Below, piece by piece: positions 1 through 10,871 of a stretch of 64,000 nucleotides of DNA. The number at the start of each line of letters is the position of its first letter. Within the stretch, counting starts at the first letter, position 1. The DNA lies in contig CAJINV010000019.1 in NCBI GenBank assembly GCA_905178155.1, positions 1,038,913-1,102,912 of the forward strand. Direction: 5' to 3'. Below the pieces are notes generated by a model that searched no databases, was not told the origin of the DNA, and was given only the letters and a program-made list of their open reading frames with translations. A program made the translations under genes and the position numbers. This DNA comes from Amoebophrya sp. A120. Taxonomy: Eukaryota; Protista; Dinoflagellata.

Positions 1-25
1 GCTCTACCACTGAGCTAAGGGAACC
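1..25 (-). tRNA. 5' part of a tRNA gene, truncated by the window edge (isotype not determinable)
   Basis: Minus strand reads GGTTCCCTTAGCTCAGTGGTAGAGC: acceptor 5' strand plus a canonical D-arm/A-box. Confidence 0.6.
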
Positions 26-298
26 TGATCTGACTACGTTGAGCAGAATTCCCGGCAGGTGGTCAGAATAGCCATGCTAAACACTGGGCTTCGGGCAAAA
101 CAAGGAGAAAGCCAAGCCACGTCAGCGCACCTCGTCCATCATGCGGCGCAGGTGGCCGGTATTTTGTTCATCGATAACTACAAAGAAGACCATCTATCAG
201 CAGATGTCTTCGATTACCGCAGGCATATTCTACCAGGAGGCGCAGCGCACACTTTGCGCCCCAACTAGACGGCGGCCACCCGCGATCCTTCAAAAAAA

Positions 299-394
299 GC
301 GCGTTCCAGGATTCGAGCCTGGATCTCTCAGTCACTGCCCGGGGTCAGTCTTCTCGTTGCGACCTGCTCTCGCTACCAGCGAGCTCCTTCGCCC
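299..394 (-). pseudogene. degenerate tRNA-like sequence followed by a T7 Pol III-type terminator
   Basis: A-box-like AGCTCGCTGGTAG, T-arm CCAGG-CTCGAAT-CCTGG, then TTTTTTT (plus 292-298). The acceptor stem pairs poorly. Confidence 0.35.
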
Positions 395-768
395 TGGGTG
401 CGGCGTCTCCGCGGCTGGTCGATGAATGCGAGAGCTCGTCCTGCGTGCCGCACTATCCTGCATCAGCTCGGCCTGGTTTTTGTGTCTTTACTCATGCGGG
501 TACTAGCTGTAGTAGATCCACTGATCGTTCCAGCATTTCGCCCTGAGCCTCGGCAGCAACCCGGCGAGCAGTTGCCTTGGCTTGCGGACACTTCTGACAT
601 CGTCCTGCAGACTCATCGCACCAACACCACGTCTTGACTGCCCGACCCAGGGAGCACAGGTTCGACCGAGCGCATTACCAATTATGCTAGCCGCGCAATT
701 GAAATAGTTCATCAAGTCAAAACCCGGGTCACCAGAATACCTTTGCTAAATACCGTATAAAATATTAG

Positions 769-3700
769 TCACGAGGAATTCAAATATATACCAATTGTCG
801 ACGTCGCATTCGAGCTGCCGGTAATCGCGTCCTGCTTCATATCAAATGTAAAAATGTCTGGGTCTGGAAACTTGTGATGCTGGGTGGCGTCTCATGATGA
901 GGCCACAAATGCTGGCTCAGCATGACAAGTTTCTGAGCTTCTAGGTGTTGCCTATTCTGCATGACAAACTACCTTCCTGCACCACAGAAAAATGGAGCTC
1001 TTGGGTAACGTGCATGACAGATTTAAGACTCATGCCAGACAAGCATGACAAACCTGGCAATCTCCCAGACCCAGACATTTTTACAATCCATACTTCAAAC
1101 CCGTTAACGACTTCTGCCCCGCACCCCCACCGCCTTGCTCTTGCCCCGCCGATGCGGAAAAGCCACTGACCGCCCCGTTTCCGCAAAGCCACGGCTTCGC
1201 GAGCTTCTGCTCGTGCTCGACGAATTTCACGAAGTCTTTTGTGGTCCACCGCTCCTTGTTCAGCATCGAATGCGAACACTTCCGATAGCACAGCGTCTTC
1301 ACGGTCGGAACAAAGTCCACGAACAGCCCTACTTTCCGCCACTCCTTCCTCAACGTTATCCAGTGTTTGCAAAAGAATTTGGTTTCGCCCATGCGATTAT
1401 CAAGTTATTACGTACTCATACTCAACATGATGCTTTTTTTCAGCCTGGCATACAGATGTTGAGAGATCCCGTTTCTATACCTGATTCAGCATGAGAAGTT
1501 CTTACATTTTTCCCTGCATAAACGTCGGGTAGAGTTGGTTTTCCGTGTCGATGTGCACGCCACAGTGGTGGGCCATGGACTGCAGGAGAATCGGAGCGTG
1601 AATCGACGTAGAAAAGTCAACGCCAACAACGTCGGACTCTTGGAAGGTGTAGTGGGCCTGATAAATAATGAGAAAATCGTTTTGATAATTCTTGATTTGG
1701 TACCGCATCTGCGACGAGAGTGATTAACTTCATGCACAAAGACAAACAAGTACCCACGACTACCTACGAAAAATACACTCGAATTTATTTCATCTACTTC
1801 ATCATGTTGCAGATCAGTATGTACCTGCAGCCACTCCCTGATACTGGTCCAGACCTTCGATTCGTATTGCATCACTGTTGAGAACCAGGTCGAGGCGTAG
1901 GCTATCACGTGCAAATATGTCTGGGTCATCTGGGAGGTTGCAACACTTGTAATGGTGCTCCGCTGACAGAAGAGAGAGATTTGTAGTCATGCATGTTGTG
2001 CTACCGCAACCGCGCTAGTATCTTTTTGCACGTATATTCAAAAATGCAGCCTCTCATGCAGTTTACGCAAGACTCAGTAGCTCAGAAAGTTTTCATGCGC
2101 GGCGTCCCCATATTGGCGATTGCATTATGATCTTCCGCAAGCTAGCAGTAGCATCACAACTTTCCAGAACAAGACCACCTACACATATTTGCCATGCATA
2201 TAGGCCGTCGCGTGGTCTTTGTCCATGGTGTTGTGGCAGCACTCGCGGATCCCCCGCTTAATGACCCGCGCGATCGCGTCGCAGAGAATTAGGTGTTTGA
2301 TGTACGGTAGGGAAACTTTGCTGTACACGTACCCGAGGAAGGTCATGTTGATTCCAAACGAATGGAAGTGGTGCCGCAATTCCTTGCTGTCCACGGGGAA
2401 GCGCTTTCCCGATTCCAATTCCTCTACGAACTTCGGAATCTGGTCGTCCTTTAGGAACCCGTAAGCCTCGACAATCTCCTTCCTTAACGTGTCCGTCTGC
2501 GGACACCCGTCGACGCAGAAGGCACAGAAATCGAAGCTGGGCACGGGGGATAATGAGAAGGGGAGCTTCACCTGCATCTCCGGGCGGAGAAAGTTCAGCG
2601 TGTGCGGATTTACGTCGGAAAAGGACTCCGCTAGCGGCGCGAGCAGACTCGTGCGCTGGCGGCCGAGGTAATATTTGTCGTTCCGCGTGTCCTTATGCAA
2701 AAGTTGGGCGGGACTCAGCCGTATCAAATGTAAAAATGTCTGGGTCTGGAAGAATGCAAGATTTGTGATGCAGCTTTTCCATGACCCATGACTGAGGTCT
2801 GGAATGCGAGATCCAGCATGAGAGATTCTTTGCGGTCTCTATCATGCCTTTCCTGCATGAGAAACTCCCTCTCAACTTGGTCAAAAGCTGAGAACTTTTG
2901 GAACTCACGCAACACAGATTTTTGCATCATTGAGATTTTTTAGCATGACAAGTTCTAATCTTCCAGACCCAGACATTTTTACATTTGATAAGCCGGATGC
3001 GTCGCGCGTTGGGGTTGTCCTTCAGTTTCAGCATGGTGCGCTTCAGGTTTAACGTGTCTATCGCAGGGAAAAGTCACCCCTCCCCATATTGAAAAGGTCT
3101 GTCTCCGAAAATTTGCGTGGCTGATTTGAGGCCACAAATCACATCTGTCTTGCAAGAAGACAAGGGCAGAAGCTTCCGCACCATTATGCAGGCGGTTTGT
3201 CATGCTGTTGGGCCTACAGCGCGGACGTTTTTCATACTAAGCGCCTAGGCCAAAACCTCTCTACTCGCACTTGATACGAGCCTGCAGTCCTCTCCAGCAA
3301 GACATTTGCGTACACAAATCCAGCATCAGAAGTTTCGTTTTGATATGGGGAGGGGGGATTTTTCCTTTTGATAGTGTCCTGAACAAGCTTCAAAGCTTCC
3401 TTCGTCGGCGCGTCGGGTTCTATGTATCGGAGCCTGCCCTGTTTTTATTTTATTTTCGTCGCATAGTGAACAAGCATAAATTTGTCATGTAAAAAACCGG
3501 CCAAGGAGCGAGAGATTTGTGATGCTAAAACGAAATGAAACAACATACAAGCAACTAGATGCTAATATATACCGCCTTATCCGGGTACCACCCACAGGCG
3601 ATGTTGCACTCCTCCAAGGGTTGCACCGCTTGACAGAAGACCCGAAAGCCCGCGTAGTCGACCGTGACGGTCAAATGCCCGTTGAAGGGACAGTTATTTG

Positions 3701-4792
3701 CCGAAGCAGATGAAGCGGCATTATTTCCTCCGTGATGCTTCATGTTGTTCAGAATCACACTTGGATCAATCATGTCCGGGTTGCTCTTCTTTTTCTATGC
3801 ATTGCAAAAGTATCGCACTCGTATAAATGCGTTACAAATTTCCTCAGCATGAGAAATGGAATTTGTGTTGCGGATTTACGTTAAGAAAGAGATTTGTAAT
3901 GCATGATCGCCCTACGAGTACGATACTTTTGCACAGCATATTTTCCCGTCGCCGCCCATAATGTTCGCCACCAAAAAGCGGATCGACCGAACCTCGACGC
4001 CGTTCAAGGCCAGCTCCGTCTCGTCCTTGGTGTGGTATCAAGCAAAAAAGTGCTAACGCTAACGGTTATTTTCAGGCAAAGGCATTGCAGTCATGCATGA
4101 CAAATTTTCGCTATCATGCATGCTATGCAATACAAATTTAGGCATCATTTCTCGTGCGTGCCTGCATGCCAAATTCCGTTAACGTTAACACTTTTTAGTG
4201 TGATAGGTGGTCATCCGCGTCCACGATGAGGCGGTAGAAAATTATCACAAGAAAAAAGTGTTTGAGTTACACATTTCTTTGTTGTAACTCCAGCAACACA
4301 AATTTTCTCTGTGCGGCATAGAAAACTTGCAATGCAAAGATTACAATGGAAAACACGTATGGAGCTGTCCTCTTGTGCATATCCCGCATGAGAGGGCTTG
4401 TCTCTCATGCCGGTCCCGCAATACAGTGTGTAACTGTAACACTTTTTTCCCAGGATAAAAATCCCGTGGTTCAGCGCGCAGGTGACCATGCCGGACTGCC
4501 GGGCTCGCTCCACATCGTCGCAGGGGATGCTGTAGCACAGGTGATCGATAAACTTCCGAGAAAACTCCACCGCCTCGGTCGTGAACTCCCCGAGCAGTTG
4601 AGAAATCTGCTGCGGGTTGTTTTTCCCGTAGAACCGGAGTCGCTCGTCCCATTTGAAAGAGATCTCCTCCTGTTCGCATATCGATTGGTACGTGTTTTTT
4701 AGCGAGTGCTCGGGAATCTCCGCCAAAGGTCCGCCGAAATGCGTGCCCAGTGCGGACCCCCGCGCTTCCTGAGGAGGTTCAAAATTTGTCAT
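769..4792 (-). CDS. multi-exon CLU (clustered mitochondria)-domain protein; may extend upstream to 5568
   Basis: Exon motifs VTVDYAGFRVFCQA, NFLRPE and FHSFGINMTFLG resemble CLU-family motifs. Interrupted by 7 introners. Confidence 0.65.
840..1092. mobile_element. introner family A (253 bp)
   Basis: TIR TAT..TGTAAAAATGTCTGGGTCTGG; DR CTTCA/CTTCA. Confidence 0.95.
1903..2200. mobile_element. introner family A, diverged (298 bp)
   Basis: TAT...ATA ends, degenerate A-type TIR; DR TAGGC/TAGGC. Confidence 0.8.
2722..2990. mobile_element. introner family A (269 bp)
   Basis: Near-perfect ~30-bp TIR; DR AGCCG/AGCCG. Confidence 0.95.
3059..3373. mobile_element. introner family B (315 bp)
   Basis: TIR ..GGAAAA..CCCCTCCCCATAT; DR GTGTC/GTGTC. 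Confidence 0.95.
3796..3940. mobile_element. introner family C (145 bp)
   Basis: TIR TATGC..TGCAAAAGTATCG.ACTCGTA; DR TTTTC/TTTTC. Confidence 0.9.
4036..4205. mobile_element. introner family D (170 bp)
   Basis: TIR TATCA..AAAAAGTGYTAACGYTAACGG; DR TGTGG/GGTGG. Confidence 0.85.
4243..4457. mobile_element. introner family E (215 bp)
   Basis: TIR TATC..GAAAAAAGTGTT..AGTTACAC; DR AAAAT/AAAAT. Confidence 0.9.
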
Positions 4793-4924
4793 GGCGAGAA
4801 GCTAATCGAACGAAAGGCATGAAAGTAGAAGGAGGGTACCTGAACCTCGCTCGTAAATAATACGTAGTGTTCTTGCACCATAGTCTTTACGTCAAGAGAC
4901 TTTTCGCATAGCAATTTCCATTCA

Positions 4925-5568
4925 CTCAAACCAAAACCCGCGATACTTCCTGCTCCTCCCGCAACACCGCTGACACCGCGTCCCGGACCTGCTTTGGCGG
5001 CCGGTCGCTGATGCTCATGGAACTTCTCTTCGTGCAGACATTGTGCAATGAAACCCCCAATGCGTCTTCCAAAGCGGAATCGGCTAGGGAATCCGTATCA
5101 AGTGCGAAAATGTCTGCGTTTGGAAGAATGCAACTTGTTTGTTATGCTGAATCTTAAGCACAAGCATGCAAAAATTTGTGTTGCATGATTACCAAAAGAT
5201 GTCCACTTTTGACCAGTTCGACAGGGAGTTTCTCATGCAGGATAGGCAGGATAGACAGCTCACAGCATTTGTCATGCTAGGTGCTGCATTCCAGGCCTCA
5301 TGGGTCATGGAAAAACTGCATCACAAATCTTGCATTCTGCCAGACCCAGACATTTTTGCATTTGATAGTCCGTAATTCTTCTCGATTTGCTCAAGAAGTC
5401 CGAGTTTCTCGTTGGGCTCGGGTGAAACGAGCGGGAAACGGAGTCGCGTAACGGGTCTGGGTTCTGCTGTGCTTGATTGATGTCGAGATTTTGCTCGTTC
5501 AGTTGTCCGAATTGCTGCTGGAAAGACTGCCGGGCCTCCTTCTCAATGCCGGCTGTGAAATTGAACAT
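4925..5568 (-). CDS. coding exons of unknown function, possibly the 5' part of the CLU-domain gene
   Basis: ORF MFNFTAGIEK...RRITD continues in frame as SLADSALEDALG after removing the 5096-5367 element and one DR. Confidence 0.5.
5096..5367. mobile_element. introner family A (272 bp), inverted relative to 2722-2990
   Basis: A-type TIR; DR ATCCG/GTCCG. Confidence 0.92.
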
Positions 5569-5776
5569 TTTACGTATTAATTTTAAACGTATGAAGTTTT
5601 AGGATTAGGATTTCATCATTCCTCACAATTCCTAATGCGATGTACTAACGATCGGTAGCTTTTGTCATGCCTAAAACAACAACATTCATTTATCAATACG
5701 TGGTGTCGTTGCCGGCGTTGGCTTCGAGTCGGACGGCTTTCCGGTTGGGATCCAGGGAGGTGGGGACTGTTGAGCA

Positions 5777-8361
5777 CTACTTCCCGCCATCTTCGGTGTT
5801 CCCAAAGCGGTGCCGGATTTTAGAAATGAGCCTTGGGAGGAGAGCTGAGAAAGTTTTCGAGATACTTGTGAAGGTGGCGGGACTTTGTGTTTAGTAACCA
5901 GGAGAGATGTTGACCACAGCTCACCGTCTGCAATAGCAACTCACCACACGACCATCACCATGCGCAAAAAGGAGCATGACAAAACCAACCGCCCGCAGCC
6001 GCAATCAATGATCAAGAATTCGATTCCACGCTCAATATTAAATCCAACCCCGTTCTACCTTCCCCTGCGAATTCATTGGCTTCAGCACGGGCATGTCCAG
6101 GTGCAGGTGATTTGTATCCAGCACCAACCCCCCAAGCCCCTCCAAAGGACTAGAACTGGAGCTCGCGCCGCCGGCGCCGCTGGCACAGGCAGTGGTGCTA
6201 CCGCTCGGAGAGGCCTGCTTCTTCTTGTCAAGCTTTTGCTCCAGGCGTTGGACCTTTATTTCATGCACATGGTTTGCTTTGCTGTAATGCCAAAGTGCAT
6301 ACTGCAGCGTGCTGCCATGCGAATGCGAATGCGATCCCGCTCTGCATCAACACACAGGATGACAAAATAGAAACATCCTTCTAAGACAAATAGCAATACC
6401 CTGTCCTTTACACTGTCCCTTCTTTCCCCGCCAGACGCCAGCGGGTGCTCCCTTTCCGAGGTCATGCTGACTACCGATTTCGAACTCGGTCGCGTATCCT
6501 GAGCAAAAACGTCCCCAACCCACACTCAAGTTGGAATCAATCTTTGCCAGACAAATGCAAATCCGGAAGTTCCTTTGGCAGTCACGCATAAAAAGTCTGT
6601 CGCTGTATTGTAATGCAGGCTGCCAAGGACAGCCGCATCACGAAGCCATTTCCGCATACTGTTTGCAGCATTACAACAACTGTACAAACACGATTGGAAA
6701 CAAATGCCTCTCTTGGAGATGCGCAGTTGTACAAATGCTCTTGTAAGTGCATGAAAAATGCTTGACAACTCTGGGGCGGAAACTACATTTCTGCGCAGGA
6801 TATCGTGTGCTGCGTATCTTGTCCTCCTTTACCCGGCTTGACCTCGGCTTCAAGCCCGCTTCAGATGCGGTCACAGAGGCGGAGTCTGTCTCCGACGTGC
6901 TAGAATTATCACTGTCGGAGTCTGAGTCGCTGTCTGAGGAGCTGCTCGACGCCTCCTCTTGCTCCGACTGGGTCAGTTGCAGTGGGTGCTGAGGCTTGTT
7001 ACCGGACTGGATTTTTGTGACAGGAGTTTGAGCTTGATTTTATGATAGTGATACCATAAATCATGCTCGTTGATGTAGTCTACATGAAAGAAAACGTAAA
7101 ACGTAGAACTTTGTCTTGGCTCAGAGGGCCGTGCGGCCGCCTCTTATGCTGATGTGTACAGATGACCATCGATCTTCAAGATCTATCATTCCATTGTTCA
7201 AGACAAGAACAAGAGTACTCTGCTCTGGTGCAACCCGCTCTGTCCGCTCTGTTTGCTTCGGCTACTTACGCGTTTTTCCACTGGTGCAGGTCCACCTCCA
7301 CCTGTCACCATCTTTGGCACGCTGCTGTCGGTTATGGTGGAAGTCGAGCTGCTGGTTGCGGACGAGCTAGACGAACTGGACGACGTCCCGTCGTCGTGCA
7401 TGGCGTTCAAGCGCTCATCGTACGCGTGCTGCAGGTCGTCCTTCCAGTCCACAAACTCATATCATTTGTAAAAACGCCCCCACCCCAGAGTTGTAATGCA
7501 AATCTGCATGCTGACGATGTTCCTCATGCGGAGACCCATGTTGAGAAGCAGTTTCTGCTGGTGTTTTAAGATTTGTGATGCTTCAATCCGCATGGTGTGC
7601 TAGGTCTGTGATGCTGCTGCACCAGCTGAACGCCACTACATTGCGAGCCCAGATTTGTCATGCGCAACACCCAAAGCCTGGCGATTTGTCTAGCAGATTT
7701 CCCATCTTGACTCTGTGGCGGGGACGACGTTTTTGCTCACCATAACTCTGCCTTTGTATTCGCTTGAAACACGACCGGCTTGGCCGCGTTCGCAAAGGCC
7801 AGCTCGATGACGAATTCCCGCTTGTATTTCCTCCTCACCGAGTCGCCGGAGACGATAACGGACAAATCCTGGAGGGAAAAGATCTGCTCCGGCGTCACCG
7901 GGGTTTGCTTCGACGAGGACTTCAGGGCGCCGAACCAGGAGGATATAACCTGCTCAGGTGTTACTCCAATCTCAACCGTTACAATAGAATCCGGGATTTG
8001 TCTTGCATCATGAGCATGACAGACTCGCAGACCGTTCCACTTTCTGCAATACAAATTTCGCCAGCTTGTAGCGCGGTTTGGGACTCCGGAACTTGTCATG
8101 CGCAGTCCTATGAGAGTTGGCTAGATCATACATGCATTTCTTGCATCACAGATTTGCAGAGTCTATTTTAACACTTGAGAAGATTGTAACGTTTGAGCAG
8201 GTCATAGAGGAGGTAGATTTCTTCTGCTCCGGGGAGTCGGCGTAGATGGAGAGGGTATTGGCATCCAAGCGGAGAAACTTCTTCTTCCAGGTCTTGTTGC
8301 CCGTGTAGAAAGTGGCAAAGCCTTCCCGCATGGCGGCGGGCGGGGCGGAGGCCGCGGCCAT
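5777..8361 (-). CDS. multi-exon protein with an N-terminal PH domain and Ser-rich tail
   Basis: Spliced REGF..KTWKKKFLRLDANTLSIY...FVIEL..VVFQANTKAE|FVDWKDDL shows the PH pattern with the C-terminal helix Trp. 3' end tentative. Confidence 0.7.
6495..6802. mobile_element. introner family F, diverged (308 bp)
   Basis: TATCCTG ends, AAAAACGTCCCC TIR on the left; DR TCGCG/TCGTG. Confidence 0.8.
7460..7744. mobile_element. introner family F (285 bp)
   Basis: F-type TIR; DR ACTCA/ACTCT; frame restored (TKAE|FVDW). Confidence 0.88.
7944..8206. mobile_element. introner family G (263 bp)
   Basis: TIR TATRACCTGCTCA..GTTAC; DR GAGGA/GAGGA; frame restored (KSTS|SWF). Confidence 0.92.
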
Positions 8362-8989
8362 AGTCGTCGTGTCTGCTGATCTTTTTTATTAGGGGTGGTG
8401 GAACAGAAATGTGCTGAAAACAGTAGCTTTCTTGAACCTCAGTTTGACCACATAAAATGCTAAATTTTCATTACAGACGGGAACAAATCCTGCGTCAAGA
8501 AACTCAAGTTATTGATTGACCTCTCCCAAAGGTGAAGACACAACTAGACCAAGGATTTTCATCACGAAAACACACAACACACACTTGAGGCCGCTGTTGC
8601 ATTCAATGAAAATACACAGTGCTGGCGGCGCCCTCAAGCATAAAATGGCTGCGTATTGTCGTCGAGTTGCCAGCGTCACTCGTTGCGAATGCAATGAGCC
8701 CAGAAAATTATGGGGTATACTAGAAGACCTGCCCTGGCCTCAAAGAGAAACCCAAGAATCAAGATGAGGGCCGACACTCTCATCAACCACTACAGGTGGC
8801 GCAAGATGAAATAATCTTGCTCATCTCTCGAGAAAGGACTGAAGATGGTAGCTACACTACGCATATTTTTCCCGAAGCAACAAAGAACAAAACGTGGGAC
8901 ACTTCGACCCTGCTCCTTATACCATGCGCACACTACCGTCAGTGAGCGAACCTTTGTGCAGTAGATGAAGGAAACACATTGATGACTAA

Positions 8990-10520
8990 CAAGGCTTGGC
9001 CGCCAATCACGACCACACGAGTAGACGTCCGGGACGCCGGCCGCGCCGGTCCGGAAGTGGTCGCGGCCCCGGGATTTCCCAACAAAGCGGGCGCGCGAAG
9101 GAAAGCCGCCGGCGAGAAAAAAAGGTCGCGCGCCGCCCGCCGCTGGCGCCACAGGCACGCCACCACCGAGAGAACAACGGGAACCGAATAGAGGAACCCC
9201 GCCCGGCCCGGCGGGCCGGGGCCGGCCAAAGACAAGGGACGAGGGCCGGGGCGCCGCCCGCCGGGTGGCCAGGCGGTTCGACACGACGGACCTTGGCCGC
9301 CGCCGGCCTGTACGTCGGGAGCCTACCGGGGGCGGGGAGGCGTGAGGGCGGCGCGGCCTGCGGCCGAGCGGCCAAACTAACTGCGGCGCGCCCGGGCCGA
9401 CGCGCTCGGCCCCCGGCCCGCCGGGGCATGGCGCCGGCGCGCCTCTCGGGGCCCGGGGCAGGCGGGCGGCGCCGGCCGGCCGGCCGCCTGCTTGCTAATA
9501 CATTTCCCCGGCCGGCCTCCGCGTCGGAATTGAAGCCAAACCGACCGGGAGTCCTGCCATGCTACCCGGCTTCCGGGGTGCGCCGAGAACTGCGGGGCCT
9601 GCCCCTGCATCACACCGAGGGCAGGCCGGGCCGCGTGTATGCTCCCGCGCCAGCCTTGGATGGGTGGCGCGGGGGCCTGCGGTCGGACGACGCTACGCGG
9701 CGAAGCCAAGCAGGCGCGCCACATCGCTCTGCGTTTTGCCTGCAAGCCCGCCGTAGCGAACGGCCGGCCCCGGATGAGAATCGCCGCGCGGCTTCTTCAG
9801 AGACAAGCCGCGCGCGCCAGGGTCGGCCATTTTTGGCGCTACGTCGTGCCGGATGGCATTCCATCCACATACACCCGGGGCGGCACACCTGGCAAGTTCT
9901 CTCACGGAAAAGAGCGCGGCGCGTTCCATCCTCATACAGCTCCGCTTTTAAGCGGGCCACTTCCTGCTCAAGCCAGGATATTTGCTGGGGGGCGCTCTTT
10001 GTAATAACATTAGCGCAGACGCAATATTTTTGAGAGCCCGGCGCCCTGCAGTCGTCTCCATATTTTGACGGTCTGCCCTCGAGTTCGCCGGGGCGCGGGG
10101 CGGCCGGGCGGCTCCCCGCCCCACTGCACGAGCACGGCCGCCCCGCTCATTGACGGGCGCGCCCAAGAGAAGCGCGCGGGGCCGCTCCCCTTGCGCCTAA
10201 AGCATCACCCCCGGGCCGCGCACGCCTGCCAAGGCCCGCCAAAGGCAAGAGCACCCCGAGCCGCCATCGCCCGGCGCGCGACTCGCGGACGAGCGGGCGC
10301 CTCGCTCGACTGACAGGCTCAGCATGGCCTTGGCCGGTCCCTCGCGAAGGCAAAAAATCGATCAAGGGGCGGCCGCCCGCCGCGTTTCTTCCACCGCCGC
10401 CACAACCGCCAAACACGGCGACGGGGCGCCTGGCTGGCCGCGGGGCTGGCGGCCTTGTAGCCACGTAGCTGGCCGCTCGTTGCCTGCCATTGAGTTGCCT
10501 GCACGTTGCAAGTACTAGCG
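8990..10520. other. very GC/CpG-rich intergenic island
   Basis: Abrupt compositional shift, dense GGCC/CCGG/GCGC, only low-complexity Arg/Ala/Gly/Pro ORFs. Confidence 0.7.
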
Positions 10521-10871
10521 CGAGGCCTACCCTTTGCTCCTCTTGTCTTCTTCCCGCTCGAACAACTGGTCACCTCTCTCTTGAGACCTGGCTTCGTCCT
10601 GCAACGCCGTAACACCAAGATGAACTTATCAGAAAAATGCTTGATTGCATTTACTCTTGTTTGAAATTGCTTTCATAGTCGTTACTTTTTTCAGATACAT
10701 TGCTGCCGACCGGCCTATAAACTGGTGCATGGTCACAGTTTCAAGCATTTATCGTACAAAAAGAGCAGCCTGAGCATCAGAGAAAGTAATAGAATGGGTC
10801 TTCAGTGGTAAAAACATTTGCCAAAAAAGTGAAACATCACGAACGAAAAACTTATTTAACAGTGAGTCAGT

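Noticed and set aside
3421-3575. Possible additional introner beginning TATGTATC
   Set aside because: It contains internal motifs, but I could not define a TIR or DR; probably an old intron. The same applies to about 1405-1505 and 54770-54960.
8996-10033. 345-aa plus-strand ORF
   Set aside because: Arg/Ala/Gly/Pro-rich with several overlapping open frames, as expected from high GC content alone.
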